64,000 bases of DNA from an uncultured virus (IMG/VR IMGVR_UViG_3300025701_000008) (Duplodnaviria; Heunggongvirae; Uroviricota; Caudoviricetes). Below, one piece after another: positions 8,070 to 17,126 of this stretch (within the stretch, counting starts at the first letter, position 1; every line of letters starts with the position of its first letter). The stretch lies in IMG/VR virus record IMGVR_UViG_3300025701_000008; one strand, given 5' to 3'. Position numbers and translations under genes: made by a program. The notes beneath the pieces were generated by a model. That model saw only the letters and a program-made list of their open reading frames with translations, ran no database searches and had not been told where the DNA came from.

Positions 8070-10048
8070 TCATCACTCTCCGAATTACCTTCCTCATATC
8101 CACCCTCAGACAGATTTTTCATTAGGTCTTCATACCCACCGATATATTTCCCACTTAGGTATATTTGAGGGACAGTCTTAACATCGCGACCTGTTACATC
8201 TGCCGCAGATTTCTCAATCGAGTCTAGGTCGATGTAGTCAAACGCAATACCACGCAGAGTTAACTCATCTCTAGCCATTTCACAGTATGGACAACCAGAT
8301 TTACCGTAGACCAATGAACGACTATCATCCTGGAGCGCAACTCGTTCTACTTTATCAGATACAGTTTCAGCGCGAGAAGTTGCCTCTGTCCTCAAGTAAT
8401 ATAGACCTTTCAGACCAAGTTTCCAAGCACTGAAGTGTACTTTATTTACATAACTCTTAGCAGTACCAGAAGGAAAGAACAAGTTGACCGACTGACCTTG
8501 ACAGATATACTTCTGACGGTCAGCAGCGTGCTGTACAACCCAATTCTGGTCTAATTCTTGAGCAGTTTTAAATACCGCCTTCTCACCTTCGTTCAAGAAC
8601 GGTAAGTGTTGAACAGAACCTTTATTAGTGATAATAGAAGTCCATATGGAATCGTTATTAAAACCCTTTTCAGTTAATAACTGATTAAGATACTTGTTCT
8701 TAACCAAAAACGAACCAGCGCGAGTTCTGTGTGTATACGCATTGGCCTTCAGTGGTTCAATAGAAGGACTGGTTGATAGAATCACACCAGACGATGCGTT
8801 AGGCGCAATGGCAATCAAGTGCGCGTTCCTCATACCAGTACCTTCCATGTCTGGTGCCTCTCCACGTTCCTTACCTAAACGAAGTGATTCCGCAGTAGCC
8901 TGTTTTTGGATATTTTTGAATACTACATCGTTAATCTCTTTCGCCTTGTCAGATTCCCATGCGACTCCATGTTTTTGTAACAAAGAGTGGAATCCCATCG
9001 CACCTAAACCTAACGAACGTTCCTGTGATGCGGAAAAACGAGCACGTGAGATATGGTCAGGCGCATGTTCTATGAAGTAATCAATTACATTATCTAGCAT
9101 ATTAATAAGGTCTGCCACGATATTAGTATCTTTCCAGTCATCATAGTATTCTAAGTTGAGTGACGATAAACAACATACTGCGCTACGTTCGGCAGATGTT
9201 GGTAGGTGAATTTCGTTACATAGATTAGAACCGTGTATTTTTAGACCCTTTTGTTTCATCACTTTAGGAAGACCACGGTTAGCGGCATCAATAAAGTTTA
9301 AATAAGGTTCACCTGTGCGAAACCGGACTTCAAGTATTCTTTCCCATAACTTTCGTGCGTTGACAGTATCTTTTACATGTCCATTTTTGGGGTCACGTAA
9401 GTCAAAATCACTATTATTAATAACTGCTGCCATGAACTCATCAGTAATGTTAATCGCGTTATGAATATTCAACGCCTTACGCTGAACATCACCCGTAGGG
9501 ATACGGATGTTTAAGAACTCGATAATGTCCGGATGATGTACATCTAAGTATGCCGCATATGACCCCTTACGCGTCTTACCTTGACGATAAGCAATCATGT
9601 CCGCGTCTACTGTATGTAGGAAAGGAATCGGGCCTGGAGCGATGTCTGAGACAGTGCGTACGTCTTTCCAGTGTCCACCGACACCACCACCCATCACAGA
9701 TAACCAACGTAATTCCGAGGAATGTTCAATTAACCCCTCTAAAGTGTCTGGTACATACGTGAGGAAACAAGAGATAGGCAGACCCCTAGTCTTCTTACCT
9801 TCTTGGGGTGCGTTTGATAATACCGGAGACGCGAACATAAACCATTTCTTGCTCACATACTCATATAGTCTTTCAGAAAGACCCTCATCCATATTACCTC
9901 GGTATACTGACCATGCGTTCGCTGCGCGGGCATATGCGTCTTGTGGAGAAGTTTCACCCTCTATCATATAGAAGTCTTTCAGCATACCGACGGCATAGTC
10001 GGTCAAAAGGTCGTCTCGTCCTGTTTGTATTTCAATTCCCATTTTCAA
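8048..10048 (-). CDS. nrdA: Ribonucleotide reductase class I alpha subunit with an inserted C-terminal glutaredoxin domain
   Basis: PISCF, GSNLCNEI, AIAPNASS, KGLYYLR, then YGKSGCPYC...TVPQIY...IGGY, then terminal CRACEG. Confidence 0.95.
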   Translation of the reverse strand: MKMGIEIQTGRDDLLTDYAVGMLKDFYMIEGETSPQDAYARAANAWSVYRGNMDEGLSERLYEYVSKKWFMFASPVLSNAPQEGKKTRGLPISCFLTYVPDTLEGLIEHSSELRWLSVMGGGVGGHWKDVRTVSDIAPGPIPFLHTVDADMIAYRQGKTRKGSYAAYLDVHHPDIIEFLNIRIPTGDVQRKALNIHNAINITDEFMAAVINNSDFDLRDPKNGHVKDTVNARKLWERILEVRFRTGEPYLNFIDAANRGLPKVMKQKGLKIHGSNLCNEIHLPTSAERSAVCCLSSLNLEYYDDWKDTNIVADLINMLDNVIDYFIEHAPDHISRARFSASQERSLGLGAMGFHSLLQKHGVAWESDKAKEINDVVFKNIQKQATAESLRLGKERGEAPDMEGTGMRNAHLIAIAPNASSGVILSTSPSIEPLKANAYTHRTRAGSFLVKNKYLNQLLTEKGFNNDSIWTSIITNKGSVQHLPFLNEGEKAVFKTAQELDQNWVVQHAADRQKYICQGQSVNLFFPSGTAKSYVNKVHFSAWKLGLKGLYYLRTEATSRAETVSDKVERVALQDDSRSLVYGKSGCPYCEMARDELTLRGIAFDYIDLDSIEKSAADVTGRDVKTVPQIYLSGKYIGGYEDLMKNLSEGGYEEGNSESDECRACEG

Positions 10049-10069
10049 TCCAATATTTTTATTAATATA

Positions 10070-10411
10070 TTAATTACTGTAATCATAAAAAACTTCTTCA
10101 TCTTTGAAGTCGTAATCTTCGATAACCATTTGTTTACCAGTCTCATAGAATCTTTGAGCGCAACGAATAATGTATTCTTGTTTATCTTCGTCAGATAACA
10201 TACCTTCCCACATCATGTGGTTATCAAAGGAACTGTCACGGTTTTTCACCAAGAATCTATTGGGCGAAAGTACCTCGGTAGACGTACCTTCTAATGCCAC
10301 GTAAATAAGTTTATCTTCATTACGGTCTTTTATCATCACAGACAATTCATTATCTGTTACTTCAAGTCCGAACACTACAATAGAGTAATGCTCTAGTTCA
10401 ATTATTTTCAT
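10070..10411 (-). CDS. Hypothetical protein
   Basis: 113 aa ORF. Confidence 0.55.
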   Translation of the reverse strand: MKIIELEHYSIVVFGLEVTDNELSVMIKDRNEDKLIYVALEGTSTEVLSPNRFLVKNRDSSFDNHMMWEGMLSDEDKQEYIIRCAQRFYETGKQMVIEDYDFKDEEVFYDYSN

Positions 10412-10467
10412 AGGTATTCCCTAAGTTCACGAGTCATTATATAGTAGTTTGCCACCTATGGCAAGAA

Positions 10468-10650
10468 CTATTTTATATTATCGGGAAGATATCTGCGTAG
10501 CACATTAACGGCGTCATCACGACGTTTTTTGCGGTCATGTTTTTTTCGCATAACTACTGTGCTGGAATCGTCTCCCGCACCTGCTACCGATGATGTGTTG
10601 TTGGCAATTTCTTCGTGGAAGGCTGCCATGAATTCTTTATACGTTTTCAT
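10468..10650 (-). CDS. Small probable capsid-internal protein
   Basis: N-terminus MKTYKEFM resembles the T4 capsid-targeting sequence MKTYQEFIAE; basic C-terminus. Confidence 0.55.
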   Translation of the reverse strand: MKTYKEFMAAFHEEIANNTSSVAGAGDDSSTVVMRKKHDRKKRRDDAVNVLRRYLPDNIK

Positions 10651-11237
10651 TATGAGTCTCTTTTTAGTAATACCATTTTACCTACACCTGTCCAACCATC
10701 TAACGATTCATACTCGTGTATACTACTTAGGGAGTACGGAAACCTGCTGCTGGTAATGTAGTGGTTGATAAGTTTAGTTAGTTCAGGGAACCAGATATAT
10801 TCATAGTCGTCTATGAGTATCCACTCAACTCCTGCTTGATTACATTTCTGTATATCTAAAGCAGCAGGCCCTTTACGATGGTCACCATCTACGAAGACCA
10901 TATCATACACCGACATGGCGTTTGTGTCAAGGTCTTTTGAATTTAATTTAGTAAAACTAAAACGTTCTGGAAACATATCAGATAGTTTACTTGCGCACAC
11001 TTCTGTATGAGGGTATTGGCATATGTCTATTGAATGGTATGTAACATCGTCAATTAAAGATAACACACCGAAACTACTGTGGCCCGCATTAAACCCTATT
11101 TCTAGAACCCTTTTAGCATTGGTCTTTTTATATATGGTTTTTATGGTCTCAATGGTGCGTTCAGAAAGAATTAATCTTCCTTCGGACGCACCCATTTCCG
11201 ATGTCAGTAGTCTATCGGATTGCTCTTCAAGAGTCAT
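10650..11237 (-). CDS. Class I SAM-dependent methyltransferase (Methyltransf_24-like)
   Basis: VLEIGFNAGHS, FVDGDH, LIDD. Confidence 0.8.
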   Translation of the reverse strand: MTLEEQSDRLLTSEMGASEGRLILSERTIETIKTIYKKTNAKRVLEIGFNAGHSSFGVLSLIDDVTYHSIDICQYPHTEVCASKLSDMFPERFSFTKLNSKDLDTNAMSVYDMVFVDGDHRKGPAALDIQKCNQAGVEWILIDDYEYIWFPELTKLINHYITSSRFPYSLSSIHEYESLDGWTGVGKMVLLKRDS

Positions 11238-11796
11238 TTTTCTTTAATAACGCAACAGGATTATCTCCATCGCGAGAATCATAGTGAAAAATGTCAACTA
11301 AATGATATCCAAATTCTGGTTTGGTTAGAAAGTGTGTGGTCAATTCAACTATTTGTGGAAACCAATCTTCTGAATAATCATCAATTAATATATATTCAAT
11401 TCCCGCGTCACTCGCAAGTCTCAAGTCAGATGTCAATCCACTAATACTGTGGTCGCCATCAATAAAGATGGTGTCATACTTTGTTACATTTTTCGCTGAC
11501 ATATTGCGAGAATTTGATATACGATAATCAAATCTTTCTTTAAATATCTCTTTAAGTTTATCAGCATTAATTTTAGTATACGCGTGCCGCCCTATATCGA
11601 TAGAATGATATGTAACTTCAGGTAATATATTCAACGTCATAAATGCGCTGTGGCCAGCATTAAACCCTATCTCTAATATACGAGTAGGTTGTATTATATC
11701 ATATATTTTGGTGAAAGTTTCGACGGTTCTGTCTGTAATAGACAAATGACCCTCAATATGTCCCACGATATCATTTACTAAGAAATCGGAGGTCAT
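11227..11796 (-). CDS. Class I SAM-dependent methyltransferase, tandem paralog
   Basis: ILEIGFNAGHS, FIDGDH, LIDD. Confidence 0.8.
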   Translation of the reverse strand: MTSDFLVNDIVGHIEGHLSITDRTVETFTKIYDIIQPTRILEIGFNAGHSAFMTLNILPEVTYHSIDIGRHAYTKINADKLKEIFKERFDYRISNSRNMSAKNVTKYDTIFIDGDHSISGLTSDLRLASDAGIEYILIDDYSEDWFPQIVELTTHFLTKPEFGYHLVDIFHYDSRDGDNPVALLKKNDS

Positions 11797-12383
11797 TTAA
11801 TTAATTCCATAGATGTTGCTAAAACTCGTTGGTTGGTGCGTTGGTGAACACCCTCATACACAGACATACCTAATATAGTATGGACAGGAGCACCTGTAAC
11901 TATACGAATCTTGTCGTTCTTACGAACTGGTTCGCAATGTTCTGTGATAGTTTCAACATTCATGCGATATATTCCAGGCGACATAGATCCATCTTCTAAC
12001 ACGTACCACTGAGACTGCTCAGCAAGAACATCTAAAATGTCTATACCAGTACTATTATGAATCTTGTCCAGATTCTTATCAGACAATTCACCATGTTCTT
12101 TAATAAGAGCAAGTGCTGCGCCATACCGCGCAACAGCAGATGAACCACCGGGCGCCTTCGCCATAATCTTCTTCAGATTAAACACTAGACGATGAAATGG
12201 TGTGTAATGCGTACGTGCTGCGTCGCGGTCATCCATCTTGTCCATACTGAAGTCTGGATTTTTATTACCGTCTTTATCAATAATACCAGCCTTAAAGGCA
12301 CCAGTATCCTCGAACTTCTGAACGAGCAATCGTAAAAACCTAATTGTGTATACCGTATCAGCGGCTTTCTTTAGGAGTCCCAT
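11793..12383 (-). CDS. Conserved T4-like hypothetical protein
   Basis: AFKAGIIDKDG, YTPFHRLVFNLKK, AALALIKE. Confidence 0.65.
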   Translation of the reverse strand: MGLLKKAADTVYTIRFLRLLVQKFEDTGAFKAGIIDKDGNKNPDFSMDKMDDRDAARTHYTPFHRLVFNLKKIMAKAPGGSSAVARYGAALALIKEHGELSDKNLDKIHNSTGIDILDVLAEQSQWYVLEDGSMSPGIYRMNVETITEHCEPVRKNDKIRIVTGAPVHTILGMSVYEGVHQRTNQRVLATSMELIK

Positions 12384-12739
12384 CGTATTTCCCTTAACTT
12401 TTCTATAACGTATTTATCCATATCAATACCTGTAATCTCTTCATTTTTAATAATGCGGAGAAATATTAGAAATGGTTTTAGTATTTTCCATTGTTCTAAT
12501 GGTATCTTCATGGCGAGTATTTCGACACCAGCGTCATGGCCAAAAACATTGAATATAACAATCAAGTGGTTTAATATCAAACGTTCGGCAAGGTCGTTCT
12601 GTTGGTAATATCTATTGACTAACCTCTTAACATATTTAAACCGTTTGAGGTCGTCCATGAATTCTTCCCCATCAATATTCTGAGGGTTATGATAATTTTG
12701 TGCTGCGTAAATAAGTAAATTATTTTTTGTTAACTTCAT
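12371..12739 (-). CDS. Conserved T4-like hypothetical protein
   Basis: DDLKRFKYVKRL, ERLILNHLI, LKPFLIFL. Confidence 0.65.
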   Translation of the reverse strand: MKLTKNNLLIYAAQNYHNPQNIDGEEFMDDLKRFKYVKRLVNRYYQQNDLAERLILNHLIVIFNVFGHDAGVEILAMKIPLEQWKILKPFLIFLRIIKNEEITGIDMDKYVIEKLREIRWDS

Positions 12740-13691
12740 AGTGCGGGTCATAAAATTCCGGTAGTGAGAAATCGACAGGTAATGTCGGTATCAATCTATT
12801 TAGAGATTCTAGAAGTGGCAGTTGCCAAGAGTAATCAATCATACCAAACAATTTACGTTCCAAATCTAAAGTTTTGGTTATACTAGGTCTATCACTCAAA
12901 TATACATAGGAAAATGCCCAACGTTCATTACGCATACGCATATCTAAGATACCCTCATACGCAAGTGTCTTGAGTTTATAGAACTGGTATGTATCCTCAC
13001 CTACTATTAATGTGTTGTCATAATGCATCAGTTCAGCTGCCTTGCGGGAAAGAAACGTAAGTCTATTAAAACCTTCATCTCTCTCACCATACTTGTTGAA
13101 CAGTTTATTCAATTCTGCCCGAGCATGTCCCCAATCAGATGCTGTCTGATAATCCAAATCTGGTATTTGTGTCATATACATTGAGGTTAACTGTTCAGGG
13201 TCACCATAACTTTGGGCACTAGTCGTATAGTCGTGTGGGTACTGTGGTGCGAGTGCTTGAGGAACATACATTCCATTAGTCTTGACAGTTAAAGAGTCGT
13301 ACTGGTCATCCCAGACACCTTTACGATACACTTCTAACGCTAGTTGATTATACAGTGCAATTACATCAGGTGGGTTAGGTAAATTGGCTGTGGTACGGTA
13401 CATATTTTTACCGTAGGGGGTGATAAAATCATCTCCATCCACATGTACCATATATTCGTTATCAGATTCCAAGAATAATTTGAGAACGCTATTCTTTCCA
13501 GTAGCAGCGGTACCGTCTGATTTAGTTATATGGCATTCGATTGAAAGTTTTTGACACCACTCGTAAATTCGAGTTTCATACTCTTTGTCGAGTGTATTGA
13601 TTACGACAACTACGTCAGTAGTTTTGAACGTATCAAATTGACGCGCAAGGGCCTGCTGACCCCCGCTGGTCAATATATAGAACTTGAACAT
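12720..13691 (-). CDS. GT-A fold glycosyltransferase-like protein
   Basis: GKNS...HVDGDDF (DxD) and a later GED motif typical of GT2-like enzymes. Confidence 0.55.
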   Translation of the reverse strand: MFKFYILTSGGQQALARQFDTFKTTDVVVVINTLDKEYETRIYEWCQKLSIECHITKSDGTAATGKNSVLKLFLESDNEYMVHVDGDDFITPYGKNMYRTTANLPNPPDVIALYNQLALEVYRKGVWDDQYDSLTVKTNGMYVPQALAPQYPHDYTTSAQSYGDPEQLTSMYMTQIPDLDYQTASDWGHARAELNKLFNKYGERDEGFNRLTFLSRKAAELMHYDNTLIVGEDTYQFYKLKTLAYEGILDMRMRNERWAFSYVYLSDRPSITKTLDLERKLFGMIDYSWQLPLLESLNRLIPTLPVDFSLPEFYDPHYEVNKK

Positions 13692-13714
13692 AATGTAAAC
13701 CCATATGGGAGAGA

Positions 13715-13924
13715 TTACTTGTGAGTAATCCCTGCGTCTTGTAACTCTTGTACAAGAACTGATTTTTTCTTACGACGGTCTAACTTAATACCGTGGTGCG
13801 CACCTAGGTCATCAAGCTCTTGTTTAGTCATCTTCGCCAAAGGTCTATGAGAGGGAGCCTCAGTTAAAGATACTGGAGTAGAATCTTCCTTTTTAGCAAA
13901 CAACTTACATATAAAATTAAACAT
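13715..13924 (-). CDS. Small protein with a HeH/Rho-N-like domain
   Basis: LAKMTKQELDDLG...GIKLDRRKKKSVLV. Confidence 0.5.
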   Translation of the reverse strand: MFNFICKLFAKKEDSTPVSLTEAPSHRPLAKMTKQELDDLGAHHGIKLDRRKKKSVLVQELQDAGITHK

Positions 13925-14147
13925 CATCTTCTTCCTCGATATAATCATCTTCAATTAAATCATCTTCATGGTTGAGTACAACTTCGGCAACATCATGTTT
14001 GTTACCAATACCATGAAGGGCATCATGCCATTCAGCAACCTGTTTATGTGTAAATTTCTGAGACTTCATTAACTCACCAGATTTAGAGTCAACCCAACCT
14101 TTTACAGTAGGTTCAGCATTTTTACACCAATGTGGAGCTTTAATCAT
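13917..14147 (-). CDS. Hypothetical protein
   Basis: 76 aa, acidic tail. Confidence 0.55.
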   Translation of the reverse strand: MIKAPHWCKNAEPTVKGWVDSKSGELMKSQKFTHKQVAEWHDALHGIGNKHDVAEVVLNHEDDLIEDDYIEEEDDV

Positions 14148-14151
14148 TTTA

Positions 14152-14355
14152 CTATCCTCGTTGTTCGCGTATACGCATAATAATTATTTCTTTGGTCTCG
14201 CCAGTGAGACCATTTATTTCAATACCTAATTGGGCACACATCTTTATAAGATCCCCCTTAGTCATTGAATAGTATCTACTATCAGGAAACTTGGTTCGCT
14301 TACTAATAGTTGATTCTTTTATCTTAGTTGATGTTGAAGTCAACAAGGTAAGCAT
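14152..14355 (-). CDS. Small protein with a HeH-like domain
   Basis: MTKGDLIKMCAQLGI...TKEIII. Confidence 0.5.
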   Translation of the reverse strand: MLTLLTSTSTKIKESTISKRTKFPDSRYYSMTKGDLIKMCAQLGIEINGLTGETKEIIIMRIREQRG

Positions 14356-14357
14356 TA

Positions 14358-15242
14358 TTACTTACCCTTAACCGGAGACTTGTCACCATTACTTAGATTA
14401 TCACTACCTCGTCCACTAGATTGTTTAGTGGCACGTCCTGCTTTAGTTGCCATATCATGACCTTCTTCGTCATCTGCAACCAATTCTGGTTTCTTACCCA
14501 TTTCAACATCGTGTTTCTTGGCGAACTCTTTAGACTTAGGAGATTCTTTGTCCATGATACCTTCTGGTTTAGAGGCACTATCAGGAACTTGTTTACTCTT
14601 TACTGCCTCTTCGATGTGAGACCACATCTCGATAAACGCTGCGCGAGTATCCACAGACTCAATCTTAGAAATCTCGGCAGTAGCGTCAGCAGTATGTGAG
14701 TTATGTTTGATGTCTTTAGTTAAAGATGCCTTACCAGTTTTAGGTTTCTTCTTTGGTTCAGCAACTTCGTCTTCTTCTGGTTCTGGTTCTACTGCTTCTT
14801 TCTTAGCAGGTTTCTTACCACCGTCGATTGCGTCATCAGTTGCGGCACGTTTCTTGTGAAGGAACTCATCAGACGAATCAACATCACCATCGTTGTCGAT
14901 GTCTTTGTCTTTACGATCTTTAAATTCTTTATCGTTCTCTTTATCGTTGACAGGGTCGAGTTTCTTTTTCTCTTCTAACTCAACGTCTTCTTTAACTTTC
15001 TTAGAAATTTTACCACTACGCAATGCGTCACCGATAATCTTAGACATTTGATCTCTAGAGAAACGTTTGAATGAACTGTCACTCATCATGATATCGATGA
15101 TAGCACTATCTTTCTTGCCATTTGATCTGAGTTCTTGATATCGGTCAAGTAGTTTTTTGCTTTCGTCTAATTGGTCTAGGTTTTTGTTTTCTTCGGAGAC
15201 CATTGACAAATATGCCTCCATAATTTTATTGATATTTGACAT
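14358..15242 (-). CDS. Highly charged probable internal/virion protein
   Basis: K/E/D-rich, DIDNDGDVDSSDE loop, several (L/I)xE sites. Confidence 0.55.
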   Translation of the reverse strand: MSNINKIMEAYLSMVSEENKNLDQLDESKKLLDRYQELRSNGKKDSAIIDIMMSDSSFKRFSRDQMSKIIGDALRSGKISKKVKEDVELEEKKKLDPVNDKENDKEFKDRKDKDIDNDGDVDSSDEFLHKKRAATDDAIDGGKKPAKKEAVEPEPEEDEVAEPKKKPKTGKASLTKDIKHNSHTADATAEISKIESVDTRAAFIEMWSHIEEAVKSKQVPDSASKPEGIMDKESPKSKEFAKKHDVEMGKKPELVADDEEGHDMATKAGRATKQSSGRGSDNLSNGDKSPVKGK

Positions 15243-15258
15243 TGTTACTTATCTCCGA

Positions 15259-15549
15259 TTATGAGTCAAAAAATGTTTTGACAATTATACCCGCAAAAAT
15301 AGTGGCGGTTAGTGTTAATACGTACTGCATTACCTTTACGGTTTTGCCTTGGTCGTTTACAGTTTCTTCTAGGTCATCCATACGCGCAGAAAAACGATTC
15401 ATACGCTCAGAATGCTGCTGAGAGTTTTTATCTATATTGATAAGTTTTTCTTCGGCTCGCGCCAAATCAATCATCGCATCCGACAATTTATCAATCTTAG
15501 TTTCTATTCGGGCGAGTCTCTGTTCGCCTGAGCTACTTTCATTCAGCAT
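15259..15549 (-). CDS. Coiled-coil protein with a C-terminal transmembrane helix
   Basis: RLARIETKIDKL heptads followed by a hydrophobic tail; late promoter upstream. Confidence 0.6.
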   Translation of the reverse strand: MLNESSSGEQRLARIETKIDKLSDAMIDLARAEEKLINIDKNSQQHSERMNRFSARMDDLEETVNDQGKTVKVMQYVLTLTATIFAGIIVKTFFDS

Positions 15550-15584
15550 TGATGGGTTACCATTAATTTAGTTTATTATTGTAC

Positions 15585-15592
15585 TATTTATA
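15585..15592 (-). promoter_or_regulatory. T4 late promoter
   Basis: Intergenic TATAAATA. Confidence 0.7.
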
Positions 15593-15597
15593 ACAGA

Positions 15598-15948
15598 TTA
15601 ACTGTCTACCTTTGCGCCACCACGCCATTGGTAACAAGACCAGTATCTTGCTTTCCATTTAGGGCCGGGGTTTGCGCAGTTATGTCTTGCTCTGAATGAT
15701 TTGCGTCTTGCTGGGTCATCACGTTTGATTGACATCTTAGGGTCACCAAAACGAACTACAACGACCGTACCAGATTCGTTCTTGACATAAACCTTAAACT
15801 TTTTGTTAGGGTTCTCTGAAGTACGGATAGGGTCATTGAGTTTGACTTTCTTGCCCTGATACTCAGCAGACTCAGTGACCAAATCCTCATATAGGTCATT
15901 GCATTCACAATGTTCGTCTATCTTATTAAATTGGTCAAATGATTTCAT
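15598..15948 (-). CDS. Conserved basic phage protein with a CTS-like N-terminus
   Basis: MKSFDQF; VRFGDP...RRKSFRARHNC...ARYWSC. Confidence 0.65.
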   Translation of the reverse strand: MKSFDQFNKIDEHCECNDLYEDLVTESAEYQGKKVKLNDPIRTSENPNKKFKVYVKNESGTVVVVRFGDPKMSIKRDDPARRKSFRARHNCANPGPKWKARYWSCYQWRGGAKVDS

Positions 15949-15949
15949 C

Positions 15950-16450
15950 TTATTTTCCCATAACTTTCTGTACAAGACCAACAAGCTGTTTCAGACTAGA
16001 ACCTTCCATCTTCTTCTGGTTTGCGTCATTTACTTTGTTATAAACCTGTAGGATGAAGTTAGCAGTAGTCATATCCACACCTTTCTCGTGTTGTTTATTC
16101 TTCACGATGCGACGTGCGATATCCATACCTGACTCTTTTGCTTCATCAAGTGTTTCTTCTTTAACATGAATACCCGACTTTTTCAGACGTTGTTTGGTTT
16201 CGATACTCTTCTTGGCATCTGCTTGGTCTTTCTTAGTCTTGTCATGTTTCTTCTTAATCATCGCACTCAATGATTCATCGAGTTCATCTTCTTCTTTTAG
16301 TTTCTTACCAGTGTAAGGGTCTAGTCCTTTCGCCTTTCTACCTTTCTTAACACGTTCTTCGGCATCTTTATTCAAGTTGCCGTCTTTATCAAAGAACTTT
16401 GCTAGGTGAGGTGGTAATTTACCTTCTCTTAATTCAAAAAAGTCTTTCAT
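15950..16450 (-). CDS. Probable capsid-internal protein
   Basis: MKDFFELRE start; repeated LDE sites. Confidence 0.55.
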   Translation of the reverse strand: MKDFFELREGKLPPHLAKFFDKDGNLNKDAEERVKKGRKAKGLDPYTGKKLKEEDELDESLSAMIKKKHDKTKKDQADAKKSIETKQRLKKSGIHVKEETLDEAKESGMDIARRIVKNKQHEKGVDMTTANFILQVYNKVNDANQKKMEGSSLKQLVGLVQKVMGK

Positions 16451-16458
16451 TGTCTTTC

Positions 16459-17055
16459 CTATGAAATGTAAAAGTTAAGTTCAAACGGACTCTTATCGGT
16501 GTCACGATTGTATACTTGAATATGTAATGCTTTCTTCTGAGGTTTACCGCCTTTGGTCAACTTCAATGTATGGCGTACTGTCTTACCACGTCCTGGCTTA
16601 CCAGAACCGAATGAAATCTCTTTATCGATATCATCTTCGTCTACCTCAAAACCTTTCTTCTTCGCTTGAGCAAGTGCGTGACGTACCGCAAGACTATATG
16701 ACTGCCAGTAAACGTCTTTCGCAGAGTCTTGACGAGCTTCTTCAATCTCAGCAGATTCACTTACGGCGCGCATTGAAAACTTAGCGTCCTTATTAAAAGG
16801 TTGTTTCATTAACTTGTTAACAATACCCTGCGCGTGGTTTTTGTCTTTAACCACAACTTCTTTACCGCTAATCTTTAAAGGTTTGCCGTTCTTCAGAAGA
16901 ATAAGTTTCTTACCAGCATATGATGGCTTACCTTCATCTTCTAAACCTGCGTTACGTTCTTGGTCACGAAATTTTTTCTCTGCGGGAGATAAGTAGCGCG
17001 CTTCACCAAGTTCAATACTTTGGTTATCTTCTCTTATTTCTTGAAATGTTTTCAT
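16459..17055 (-). CDS. Probable capsid-internal protein
   Basis: MKTFQEIRE start; C-terminal ALHIQVYN...FELNFY domain. Confidence 0.55.
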   Translation of the reverse strand: MKTFQEIREDNQSIELGEARYLSPAEKKFRDQERNAGLEDEGKPSYAGKKLILLKNGKPLKISGKEVVVKDKNHAQGIVNKLMKQPFNKDAKFSMRAVSESAEIEEARQDSAKDVYWQSYSLAVRHALAQAKKKGFEVDEDDIDKEISFGSGKPGRGKTVRHTLKLTKGGKPQKKALHIQVYNRDTDKSPFELNFYIS

Positions 17056-17091
17056 TTTAATTATTAATTCCTTTACATGACCTTATAACGT

Positions 17092-17120
17092 ATTATATAT
17101 TGAATATCGCTTATTGTCAA
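17092..17120 (-). promoter_or_regulatory. sigma70-like promoter
   Basis: TTGACA-17-TATAAT. Confidence 0.6.
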
Positions 17121-17126
17121 GTGTTA

